From Flaccisagitta enflata (Eukaryota), in the NCBI GenBank assembly GCA_965153355.1, contig OZ231126.1, positions 24,986,001 through 25,050,000 on the forward strand: a DNA stretch of 64,000 bases, written 5' to 3'. The position numbers and the translations under genes are program-made. Under the pieces are notes generated by a model. That model searched no databases, was not told the origin of the DNA, and was given only the letters and a program-made list of their open reading frames with translations. This document shows positions 41,039-53,568 of the stretch, one piece after another (the stretch's first letter is position 1; each line of letters begins with the position of its first letter).

Positions 41039-41970
41039 CAAACATTTCGTTTTATGTTTATTGACTAGCTTTAAATAGCTTTGAATAGCTTTTTATAGCT
41101 TCAAATAGTTGTAAATAGCTTTTGATATCTTTTTATAGCTTTAAATAGACCGTAACAACCAGAAACGAAGTTGTAATATGCAAAAATTGTAACTACAGTG
41201 TCTTTGATGCTATTGGGGAATAGCAAAACGTGACAAAAAACGGGTTTCCGAATTTTCTACGCAATCCGTTGGTGGTGATTGAGTCGAAAAGTGCGATAAC
41301 GAGATTTTTGAGGCTATGATTGTTTGTGTTTTGAGGTTATGATTGTTTGTGTGTGTGAGGGAGCATAGGATGGGGGAGGGAATGGATGTGGGTTGTATGC
41401 CCCTGTCCATCCGTCCGCAACAATATTGTGACCCCGCGTCACTTGTTCGTCATAATCTTGTGATCCGTCATGTCACTGTCATTTAAGTATGTGTCCTACA
41501 TCGCATGCGCATTGGACACCAGTAAGAGCTCCCAAGGCTCTTGTCCTTGTTCTTATTTTTTGGTTCTGATGTAAAGTTGTCCAAGTCACATATGACTCAA
41601 AGCTCGATGACGTCGCATCACGGGACCAATGACGTTGCCAGAGTGGTATATCGCAGCCTAAAAAGTGAATCTTTAAAACAAAAGCTTGAATTTTACTACT
41701 TGGCGAATCGCCGTCTCAGGTGTGAAATGTCGTTTGCTTGGCGAAATACCGCATACTTTGTCGAATCGCCGCCTGAGTGGCGAATCGCCGTCAGAGAATC
41801 GTATCCCCGCCAGAGGGGCGAATATCTCGCGTATTTCGTCTTTCTCGTTTGCATAAAAACGGTTTCCCTCACTTCTTTACGAATTTCTGATCCACGCAAA
41901 TGTGTGCCACCGACTATCAACATGACCCTAGAATCTATCTGTGTCCTTGTCAGTCTAATCTGTCCGTCCA

Positions 41971-42077
<107 letters not shown>

Positions 42078-42130
42078 ACACTCCTTTTGTTGGTCTCCGA
42101 ATATATGCTGATTAGTCTGTCTATCCGTCC

Positions 42131-42237
<107 letters not shown>

Positions 42238-42498
42238 CGTCCTGTTTCTATCTTTTCCCCCTCCTCCCTTCACAAAGTCAGCAGACGAGGAGGCTGAGGC
42301 AGAGTTATGGCGTTTTATATTATCTGTAAGGGCGTAAAGGGCGAATGCGATCAGGATATTCAAATAAGGCTAAACAGAACCGGCCGCTAGATTGGGCCCG
42401 GAGAGCTAAGGATGGAAGAAGAGGTGAAAGGAAATGAGGACGATGAGGAGGAAGAAGAGGAAGAGAATGTTGAAAAGAAGAAAGAGGAGGGGGGTTGG

Positions 42499-42580
<82 letters not shown>

Positions 42581-43249
42581 TGGCAAGGGTGTTAGGGATT
42601 GCCGTTGATGAGAACAACTGTTGGCATGGGAGAGTATGTGGCGTTGACGTGTTGTGGTGGTTTATCCGCTAATAAGAGTAAAGAAAACTTACTAACTTTT
42701 GAGAAATGAAAGAATTATTCATTCGCTTTTAACAGAATGAAAACGGTAACTTCATCATGCTCTCGGAGTTGAATTAACTCGGTCACAATCTATAAAGAGC
42801 CGGCGACAATTCACATCGATCCTGTTTCCAGCGCAATTGGATTTAGTTTATGCAACCATCTTTCATAACACGGACCCTCTAGAACTATTCAACGCCTTTG
42901 AGTATAATCACATGTGGATGGACATTGGACAAAGATTGTGAGGCAGATTTCAACTTTCACCAAAAGAAATCGATGAAAAAAATCAATCTAATCGACTGAT
43001 AAAAAACATGACGTGATTTTAGCAAAATATCATCAAATCTCCCGCTATCGTTTTCTCCCGTCCAGATGTCTGTTGTCATTTATTTTTCACGATCTACACC
43101 ACTAGTTTTCCTCAGTCTAATTTGTAAGCGTTGTCATTCCTCGGGGTTGCAAAAACGGGCGACTCATCCGATAACAAATGGACTGACAATTCCCTGACCA
43201 ACACCAACTCTTTTTAACCATTCATTTCCCTTCACTGATATCGCAACGT

Positions 43250-43356
<107 letters not shown>

Positions 43357-43503
43357 CCTTTCCCCTCCCATCTCAGACTAGCCTACGTTGGACCAGTAAG
43401 GCTGATAGACTCGCTTCGATGCTTCCACTCCATCTTCTTCGTCTGGCCCAAGTCGTGATCGTCGACATCTTCAACATCGTCGTTGTTTCCGTCGTCGTCA
43501 TCA

Positions 43504-43534
<31 letters not shown>

Positions 43535-43795
43535 TATCGTCATCATCGTCGTTGTCGTGGATCCCGTTGCCATGTCACGGCATGTCAGGGCATGTCACTT
43601 TGACGTGCGAGGATGGATGAGTTTTGGGATTTCATTCTTTTGTCTCCACGTCGAGATCGAATCCATCTTGAAGCTCGACGTCACGTGATGCACACGCACA
43701 TGCGCACACATGTGCATGTAGGCGCACATGTACGTACACAATCACAATCACATGCACACTCACAATGAGAATAATCTGGCCTGGCTTTGGGGAGG

Positions 43796-43850
<55 letters not shown>

Positions 43851-44197
43851 AGGACAGACAGAAACCGACAGAGACAGAAAGAGAAAGATAGAGTCAGGCA
43901 GAGACTGACAATGAGAGTCAGACACGGATAGAGACCGACATACAGACAGAGACAGTCACGTACAGAGACAGCAAAACATATGTATACACTCAAACGAACA
44001 AACAGCAACGGGATATTGATACTGGTTTAAGTAAGAATTATATCTAACAGCGTGGTATCGATCGACAGGCAGTAAAACAGAAAATATCTGAGAGACAAAT
44101 TGATGCGGGTTTGAGTAGGGACACAATAACGGACACAATAACTAACAGCGGCCAGGAGCTAACAAAAAACAGACAGAGAGACTGACATACAAACCAG

Positions 44198-44552
44198 CAG
44201 CGGCGTAGGAGAAGGGACTTCAGGGACTTCAATTGAAGTCCCTGTTGTCGGGACACTAAAGTAGTCGGGACACTAAATTTTCTAGGAGAAAAAAGGAAGA
44301 AAGGAAAAAAAGAAGGGAAAGAAAGGAAAAGAATGGAAGGAAAGGAAAAAAAAAGTAAAAGAAAGAAAGAAAGAAAAGAAGGAAAGGGAAAATTAAGTGT
44401 TTATCAACTTTATTTCCTTAGAAATTATAGTAATCACATATGTATATAATTATATGGCAAAATTTTTTTGTTGGCTTCAGTTGGGACACTAAATTTGTCG
44501 GACACAAATTGGGGGTTGAAGTCCTTAAAATCTATACTCTCCTACGCCGCTG
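44198..44552. mobile_element. hAT MITE
   Basis: CAGCGGCGTAGGAGA ... TCTCCTACGCCGCTG with 8-bp TSD CAAACCAG. Confidence 0.92.
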
Positions 44553-44900
44553 CAAACCAGCAAACACAACCGTAGAATGCCAAACTTAAATCAGACGTCC
44601 GAGACAGAAAAGGACAGACATATTGTATCTGTTTGGGACAGACAGACTCAAACAAAGGAGGAGAGAGAGAGGGAGAGCAAAAGAGAGACTTGAACGTCGT
44701 TCGGAGAGTAGGTTGGGTTTTTGTTCTGCGCCAACTCTTGCTTCAGTCTGCGTTTGACGTATTTTGACTGATCACGTCTTTTGTTCACAAAAGTCCAGAC
44801 ATTCGAACTCGACGCTGTTGGGGGTCAAATTTGCGTCTCGAATGCAAATCCATGAAAACCGAAACGAAGTAGATTTTCAGTGATGACGTCATTTTCTATC

Positions 44901-45205
44901 GTTTGTTTGTTTATTTGTTTGTTTGTTTGTTTGTTGGTTTGTTTGTTTGTTTGTTTGTGTGTTTGTCTATTTGTTTGTTTGTCTGTTTGTTTGTTTGTTT
45001 GTTTGTTTGTTTATTTGTTTGTTTGTTTGTTTGTTTGTTTTTTTGTTTGTTTGTTTGTTTGTCTGTTTGTTTGTGTGTTTTTTTGTTTGTTTGTCTGTTT
45101 GTTTGTTCGTTTGTTTGTCTGTTTGTTTGTTTGTTTGTTTGTTTGTTTGTTTGTTGGTTGGTAGGTTGGTTAATTGGTTTGTTGATATGTTTGTTTGTTT
45201 GTTTT
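44901..45205. repeat. (GTTT)n microsatellite
   Basis: Direct reading. Confidence 0.95.
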
Positions 45206-45706
45206 TGTTCCTCTGTATTCAACTTGTTTGTTTGTCCGTTTATCTTTTGACTACTCATTTTCTTTCGCGGCCAGTCAATCATGATTACCTACATATCTCA
45301 CCTCCACAGGTCTGAATCACTGTTTATCGAGTGCAATTACTTATCTCAACTCCAGTGCAGAGCCCCTAAATAAACCCTCCCCACGAGACTGTGTAATTTT
45401 GCACAAATAGCACCGACAGTCAAAGGGTTCACATCCCTGGCGGCTAGAAGGTCAACAGCAGCTAGATGGCCAACAGCACCGGCAGTTACAGCGCCAAAGT
45501 TATCGGCAGTTACAGCGCCGTTGGCACTGGTTGCTAGATGGCCAACAGCACCGGCAGTTACAGCGCCAAAGTTATCGGCAGTTACAGCGCCGTTGGCACT
45601 GGTTGCTAGATGGCCAACAGCAGCGACAGTTACAGCGCCGACGGCACCGATGCTATAGGCGCCGACAGTAAGTGGGCAAATCTCCCGTCCGCCATCAGAG
45701 ATTGCA

Positions 45707-45860
<154 letters not shown>

Positions 45861-46739
45861 GAGAAAAAAACGTTAAGACGGTTAAGGGATGAAAAGAAAA
45901 GTTCTCGAACCCATACAATTGTGTTTTTTTTTTTTTTTGCTCCCTTATTTCGTTCTTTTATTTTTTCTAACTCTCTCTTTTTTAAGATTCGTTTCTCATA
46001 ATTTCACAATCGATGGAAAAGTAGAAAAATGGAAAAAGGGAAAACCGAAGGCTGCATGAGGAAGAAGAGGAAGAAGAAGAGGAAGACGAAGAAGCAGAGG
46101 AGGAGGAAGTGGAGGGTGGGAACTGGGAGGAGTTGAAGAGGATGTGGAGGCGGTGCAGTGGGGACAAAAAAAAAAACTACGGAGACGAATCTGAGTTAAA
46201 ACACACAAAAAAGGGATGGAGAGGATGGAGGTGAAGTGTGGTTATTCTCATCGAATGATATGCGAATTGTTTAAGGAGAGTGCTGTGTAATTGCATGGAT
46301 TTTATAAAATGAATTTTCAAAAAAAAAAAAAAAAAAAAAAAAAAACTATTCTCATTTTTTAAAGTTAATCTTTCTGTGTTTTGATGATTTCTAATACACT
46401 GGCTGTTTAATAATATCCGTAATTAGGGTAAGCGTCAGAGTGTGAGACGAATGGGTGACTTCAGTCGGAAATATGGTTGTCAGTAAGGTGGTAGCGATAT
46501 AAAGCATAGCAAGTCCATTAATGTAACGCTGATGGTGTGTTTGACAGAGACGTATTGGGTAAGGTTGCCCTTGATTGCAAAGACCGCGTAGTGGACGTCT
46601 GTGGAAAGAAGACGGTGAGACCAAAGAAGCGGAGGGCAAAAAAGAAGAAGAGAAAAAAAAAGACCGATGGGTGGAGGAAACTTTGTTTTTAACCGCTGAT
46701 TCAGCAAAAACAATAACGGAAAATGGAATTGAATTCCGA

Positions 46740-47090
46740 CGAGGGAGAAATAAGGAACATTTGAGAGAAACGTATGGAAAAGGGTAAGGGGTAGGAAGGA
46801 AGGACGAAGGGGGGGGGGGGGGGGAAATAACGAACATAGGCGAGAAACGTACAGAAAAAGGTAAGGGATAGGAAGGAAGGACGAAGGTGGCGGGGGGGGG
46901 GGGGAAATAACGAACATAGGCGAGAAACGTAGAGGAAAAGGTAAAAGTTAGGAGGGAAGGACAAAGGGGGGGGAAATAACGAACATAGGCGAGAAACGTA
47001 GAGGAAAAGGTAAGGGTTAGGAGGGAAGGACGAAGGGGGGGGGGGGAGAACTAAGGAACATATGGAACATATATGAGAAACGTACGCAGT
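46740..47090. repeat. ~60-68-bp minisatellite with G-runs
   Basis: gggaaataacgaacataggcgagaaacgta recurs three times, plus diverged units. Confidence 0.85.
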
Positions 47091-47723
47091 AGGACAGGGG
47101 TTCTGACACAAATTTTGGCAGATCCTTCTTGTTAACGGCACTTTGGCTCAAAATCAATGTAGTATTAATGTTCTGCCTTCAAAAGTCGCATTGGGTATCA
47201 GGAAATTGTGACCGCCACCCCCCCACCCCCCTCAGAAGGTAGTGACCTCTAAAGATTAAGCAATTTGCCTTCTTTTGCTAATAAATTCTAAATGGATCAT
47301 TCAAAAAGCCTGGTGATGGTCTCATTTGAAAGGTATTTACGTGAAGAACATGAGAGATTACTGATATGAAAGAGGGGTCCCAAGGGGGGCCCTTAAGGGG
47401 CCCCTAAAGTGATTGAAGGGCCCCCAAAGCATCCAATTTTTAAACAAATCATAGCACATTTTCATGTATTGGATGCTCTGGGGGCCCCTTCAATCAGTAA
47501 TCTTTCATGTTCTTCACGTGAATACCTTTCAAATGAGACCATCACCAGGCTTTTTGAATGATCCATTTAGAATTTATTAGCAAAAGAAGGCGAATTGCTT
47601 AATCTTTAGAGGTCACCACCTTCTAAGGGGGGGTGGGGGGGTGGCGGTCACAATTTCCTGATACCCAATGCAACTTTTGAAGGCAGAATATTAATACTAC
47701 ATTGATTTTGAGCCAAAGTGCCG
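47090..47723. mobile_element. Internally deleted, right-truncated copy of the 34620-37119 hAT element
   Basis: Left arm TAGGACAGGGGTTCTGACAC.. nearly identical to 34620-34968, joined to the inverted arm, which ends at CCAAAGTGCCG. Confidence 0.9.
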
Positions 47724-48143
47724 GGAAGGACGAAGGGGGGGGGGGAGAACTAAGGAACATATGGAACATATATGAGAAACGTACGCAGTTGCAGGGTTTA
47801 GAGTGATAGGCGATGGAGAGAGGGAGAAATTGGGAACATGTGAGAGGAACTACGCATAATGTAATATGGTGGGCAGGAGGGAGGGAAAGAAGGGAATGCA
47901 GCGGAATAAATAGAGAAGAGTAAGAGGAAACATTGAAACGATGCAACTGATAAAAAGTTGTGGAGGTCACATTTGAGACTCTTTGAAAGAAAATAAATGC
48001 GGCCTACTATGAATTGGAAAACAGAAAAACAGATATGATGTAGGAAACGATAAAAGATTAGTGTAGGTCCGTGCCTGATTGTCCATGGGTCTGCTGGAGC
48101 TGATCCCCAAGTCGATATAATATGGGTCTGCTAGGGTTCTGCT

Positions 48144-48428
48144 CAGGGGCGTATGGGAGCCAAAGTTTTAGGGGTAGCCACCCCCAGTTTGTGTCCCAAC
48201 AAATTTTATGACCTGATGAAAATTTTGCCTAATTTTTATGTGTCTTTTAAAAAAAATATTAATTGATATATATTTGAATTAAAACAATGAAAAAACCATT
48301 GCCCTTTCTTTCTTTTTCTCTCTCTTTTTCTCTCTCTTTCTTTTTTTCTCTTTCTCTTTTTCTTTATATTTTGTGTCCCAACAGGGGTAGCCATGGCTAC
48401 CCCGACGACCCCTTCTAATACGCCCCTG
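48144..48428. mobile_element. hAT MITE
   Basis: CAGGGGCGTAT ... ATACGCCCCTG with 8-bp TSD GTTCTGCT. Confidence 0.92.
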
Positions 48429-48548
48429 GTTCTGCTGGCCATGATCCCCATAAGCTAGCGATTTCCATAGCAGATGGGTCTTCCAGGCTGTGGGTCTGCC
48501 AAAACACAAAAACCTAGAAACGAAGAGGGAAACACGACTAGGATAGCC

Positions 48549-49252
48549 TTTTTGGGCAGCGGCCCCAAAGGGCCGATGTCCTGTAGGACACAGGGGTGAA
48601 TTTCCTTACGTCTGTCTGTCCGTCTGTCCGTCCATCCATCCGTCCGTCCGTCCGTCCGTCCGTCCGTCCGTCCGTCCGTCCGTCCATCCGTCCGTCCGTC
48701 CGTCCGTCCGTCCGTCCGTCCGTCCTTCCTTCAGTCTGTCTGTCCATCCGTCTGTCCGTCTGTCCTTCCGTCCATACGTACGTCCCTCCCCAAGTTTCTC
48801 AATTCTCAAATTACCATTGAATAACATGGGAAAATGACAAAATGCAAACATCCCATTGAATAACATGGAAAATTGACAAAAAAATAGAAAAATATAAATT
48901 TCGTATCGAATAACATGGAAATTGACAAAAAAAAAAAAAATAAAAGCAAGATTCCTATTGAATAACATGGAATATTGATAAGAAAAATTAAAAAAAAGAT
49001 GAAATTCTCATTGAATAAGATGGATTATGGATAAAAGATGTAAAACTCCCATTGAATTTCATGGAAAATTGTCCAAAAGGCCTGAAATTTGCCTTCTCAG
49101 GAATCTCAGGACGTAAGGAAATTCACCCCTGTGTCCTACAGGACATCGGTCCTTTGGGGCCGATGCCCTGCTCTCACTCAACTTCTTCAGCTGATCATTC
49201 CAAGCAGGGCATCGGGTACCGCTGACCATGTGCGATCCTTGGATGACTTGTT
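48549..49252 (+). mobile_element. Family B HINE-like element with different central repeats (CCATTGAATAACATGGAAAAT-like)
   Basis: Head and inverted copy (48554-48612 vs about 49110-49168), (GTCC)n, tail GATCCTTGGATGACTTGTT. Confidence 0.85.
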
Positions 49253-50679
49253 ACTTAATAGTTGCATACATTGAACAGGATCAATGACGCGAAAACTCAG
49301 AAAGGCGGAGTAAAGGATGAAAGGATGGTAAGAGACAAACCCAATGCTTGTCACACATTAGATGCCTCGCTGCTTTAGAAAGAAGCAAAAATGTGAAGAA
49401 ATGATGCGTGGATGAATGGCAGGAACGGAGGGGAGGGAGAAAGGGGGATAGGAAAAATGTTGTAACAAGAAAAGGACAAAATGATATGAATTTCAAGTAA
49501 GTTGAGTAGAAAGAACAAGAAAAGTAGGCAGAATTAAAAAAAAAGGAGCCCGCGTGGTTTGAAGGAGGCAAGGGAAGAGAAGAAGAAAGCAGCGTTGCCT
49601 GAATTCGCCGCATCGCCGCTTGAGGGAGCAACAAAGCGGCCATTTTTCAATCGGAATCTCCCTTCTGTCGGCCACGTAATAAAAACAAGTGAGCAACAGG
49701 CGAGAAGAGAATAATTCAAAACTTTTTTTCCCTTTTTTGTCGGCGCATTGGGATGGCTGTGATGTAAATGCGAACTATTCTAGTTACTACTAAAAAAGCG
49801 AGGGCTAGAGTAAGTTCACGGTAAGTTTTTCTCACTTGAAATATATCAGCCTAACGGTTATGTGTTAATTTTACCTTAAAACGAGTCCAACAGAGCAGTG
49901 TCACCGTTTTTCCCCTACAAACTGACTAGTAGGGCCGCAAATGTCAAAAGAAACCAATTTGGACAGTCCGGCCGACCAAGAAGCGTCTATGATTGATAAC
50001 GCACCCTAGCGTTACGTTGCGTTAGCGCCTTAAACCAGACTTAAGAGCAAATGCAGCATGGTCATGCGTAACTTCCCAATTCATTAATCACTTTTCATTC
50101 TCCTCCTCCTTCTAGCCTCCTCCTCTAGATACACCATGAATGTTTACTGCTGCTCTTTTCCCCCTTTCCTCCTCAAGTTGAGGGCCTCAAAATACCCATT
50201 TCCTCATCGATACCTCTTCGTTCTCCTTTTACAAAGCGCTTCCTTCTATTCTCATTCTACTTTCTAAAGCTCTACTTCCTTTTTCCTAATTTCATTCTTA
50301 GATAAGGAAAGATGATGTCAATGGAGGCATTTGCCATCGAAAGGGAGAGGAAGAGGAAGAAGAGAAGGAGGAAGAGGAGGGTTTGATAGATCGTTAAGGC
50401 ATGTTCCCTGTATTCTCTATTCTTGGGTGAACAACTAGGACACGATGAGAACACCATGAGAGCACCATGAGAGCACCGTGAGAGCACCAAAGGATCTAAA
50501 GGCGATCGCTAGAAAAGCATTAGTCATGTGAAGCCGTCAAGAAAGAGAGAGAGAGAGAGAAAGAGGAAGGAAAAGGAAAGGGAAAAGGAAAAGGGAGGAA
50601 AAAGGAAAGAAACGAAACGGTTTTGATTAAAGGCAACAACACGAGACAAACGGTTTCTTATTTTTGAGGAAGAAGTGGT

Positions 50680-51055
50680 GGAGGGAGGATGAGGAAGGTT
50701 GAGAGAAGATGAGGGAGGATGAGGGAGGATGAGGGTGGTTGAGGGAGGATGAGGGAGGATGAGGAAGGATAAGGGAGGATGAGGGAGGATGAGGGTGGTT
50801 GAGTGAGGATGAGGGAGAATGAGGGAGGATGAGGGAGGATGAGGGAGGATGAGGGTGGTTGAGAGAGGATGAGGGAGAATGAGGGAGGATGAGGGAGGAT
50901 GAGGGAGGATGAGGGAGGTTGAGGGAGGATGAGGAAGGTTGATGGAGGATGAGGAAGGTTGAGAGAGGATGAGGGAGGATGAGGGTGGTTGAGAGAGGAT
51001 GGGGGAGGATGAGGGGGGGGGGGGTGAAAGAGGATGAGGGAGGTTGAGAGAGGAT
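50680..51055. repeat. (GAGGGAGGAT)n 10-bp minisatellite
   Basis: Direct reading. Confidence 0.92.
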
Positions 51056-51452
51056 AAGGTTGGTTGAGAGTTCGAGGGCGGATGAAAAAGCGGTAGAAAT
51101 GGAACAGAAGCGAGATGGTAACAGTGGGAGGCAGGGAAATTGAGAAAATGGCCCAAATTGTGATCTGAGTTCGGTGGATTAGGAAAAATGGAGAGACAAA
51201 TGGTTGCGAGAGTTGAAAAATAAGGGTAAAAAGAACTGATTATGATTTTGGTTCCACGGATTAAGGGGATATGGAGAGGGACAAACATTTTGGAGGTTGC
51301 GAGGGTGTAAACGTAGAATAGGAGAGAACAATTCTCGGAAAGATTGCGAAAACGAGTCATCGCAAAGGTTTGGGTCAAAAACAAAATGGAAAAATGGAAA
51401 AAAGTGACATTAGATGCTATAAAGACATCTCGAACAATGCAAAGATAATCAA

Positions 51453-51675
51453 AGGCGAAGTTTCTGATTATGGGTAGTCAGTGTTGAATAAAAAACAATA
51501 TGTTTTTCTTTCCGAATTTTCGAACTGATTGCACACAAGCACAGAACATCATCAGGGAATACATGTTTTTACATATTTCCCGATGATGTTCTGTGCAATC
51601 ATTTCGGAAATTCCGAAAGATAAACATATTGTTTTTTCATTCAACACTGACTACCTGTAGTCATAAATTTCTCCT
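51453..51675. mobile_element. Palindromic Kolobok-like MITE
   Basis: Whole-element hairpin GGTAGTCAGTGTTGAAT..AACAATATGTTT / AAACATATTGTT..ATTCAACACTGACTACC. Flanks TCAA|AGG..CCT|TTAA. Confidence 0.75.
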
Positions 51676-52888
51676 TTAAAGGAATTACATTCATTTACGG
51701 AAGAGACAAACTTGATGATAGACAGTTCACATTTTATTGAAATTTGTAATCTTAAGTGTAATAAGTCATCATTTACTTTTCTTCAGCCTGATGACTGATT
51801 GAATGCTGAACCGATTAAGGAGATCTTAGTATGGCATTGTCCATGGATGGCGTGTGAATTGATCTGAGTTGAGTAGGAAAATCCACGAGGAAGAATGAGA
51901 GAGGTTTGTCATTTATATTTGAATTGTTTTTTTAAAACAGCCGATGATGGAAAAGACTTCAACGAGTGCAAAATTGTCACGTGGTTCAGCAGTTAACGTT
52001 GGATGGTTCAGCCATCAGGGTGAATGTTAGCATTATTAGGAGGTAGAATGAATTCTTGGAGTTTATGAGAAGTGGTGGTGTAAAATTGAACGACAGTATT
52101 TGTGAAAAAGGTTGTGGACCTGAGTACTACTCAGTGAGTAGTCAATGAAGCATCAAAATATGTAATTGGCATTTGACTGATAGAAAATTGCGTTGGACAA
52201 TCATATAAAATGTAAAATTTTGAAGGCATTGCAATTGATTGCTCCCTGTGAGCATCGCTGCTGTTGTGTTGCTTCGTCTGAAAGGATTTTACCCATTCTC
52301 TATTATCGGTGGTTCGAAGTGAGCACGAAGTACACTTTTTATCTTTTATAAGAACGTCATTTTTTTGGCTGCGTTGGCCGCGTTGCACGTTGGCATAAAT
52401 CTTAATCGATGATCTTCAACTTGGTCTTAAAAGAAAGCTTGACGACTAACCTTTTCTTTGATGGTCTAACTTAAGAGCTCCAAAATCATCATGAACAAAC
52501 GTTGAGAAAAGCGTCTGAACAGACCGACCGACCTTCCGATCGACCAACCGACAAAGCGGTTTATAGATTCAGTTGCACACGACTAAAAAGTGTATTGTCG
52601 CGGACAGAGGGCAGGGGCGTCCACCCAAGAAGTTGGTGTACGCCACTAAAAATAAGGCCAAAAAAGGCATTTTGTTGCGCCCAAAAAGAGGAACTCCCGG
52701 ACCGACCGATTAATGTAATGGAAATAGGATATTTAGAGACTGGTCTTTTGTCTGAAATTTGAATATTAGGCAATAGAGCGAGCAGCTTATTTTACCTTTG
52801 ATTCTTAACGTTATGTGAGACAAAACCACATCGTCAATTTTCTCAACAAGTCACGCGGACAGAGGGCAGGGACGTTCACCACCCCCCT

Positions 52889-52962
<74 letters not shown>

Positions 52963-53213
52963 GACGTGTATTCAGCTCATTGACTTGTGCACTACACTTT
53001 TTATTTTTTATAAGAACTTCATTTTTTTCTAAAGGCTTCATGTTCTTATTTTTTAGACAAAATCAAGCCTTCAATGTTCTTAAAGCGTTCCTAATTCTAC
53101 CGGGTCATCAGCCTGAGATGCCAGATAATGTTAAGCTTTTTCTCTGAGATGCCAAATGCCACGGATTTCAAACTGATTGTCTCTTATAGAGTATAGGTTG
53201 ACGTTTTTGTATC

Positions 53214-53568
53214 AAAATTTCATCAAAATCGGTCAAAAGAGTTTAGACTTATATATATTTAAGAAAACTTCCCTTTTCGCCACTTCTGCTCTTTTTCATC
53301 TAAAACTATAACAGCTTTTTTTCCCATTCTCTCATTTATAACATTTTGTTTCAGAACTGCGAGATTAAATTTCTAATAAAGATGATTTAAAATTAAACTA
53401 CATCAATTTTTTTTTCATACTATAATTCATCTCCAGCTCAAAACAGCTGTTATAGTAAATTAAAATTGCCTTCTTTTCACAATTTTTACTGAAAAATTTT
53501 ATTTATTTATGAAAATAGTACTAAACACTTGTAAATCTAAACTACTTAACTGATTTTGATGAAATTTT
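53214..53568. repeat. Degenerate inverted repeat (old MITE)
   Basis: AAAATTTCATCAAAATCGGT / ACTGATTTTGATGAAATTTT and inner TATAACAGCT / AGCTGTTATA. Confidence 0.55.

Noticed and set aside
43376-43690. Possible exon after a (CT)n tract containing (GTC)n
   Set aside because: All frames give low-complexity peptides or early stops; there is no recognisable domain or clear donor.
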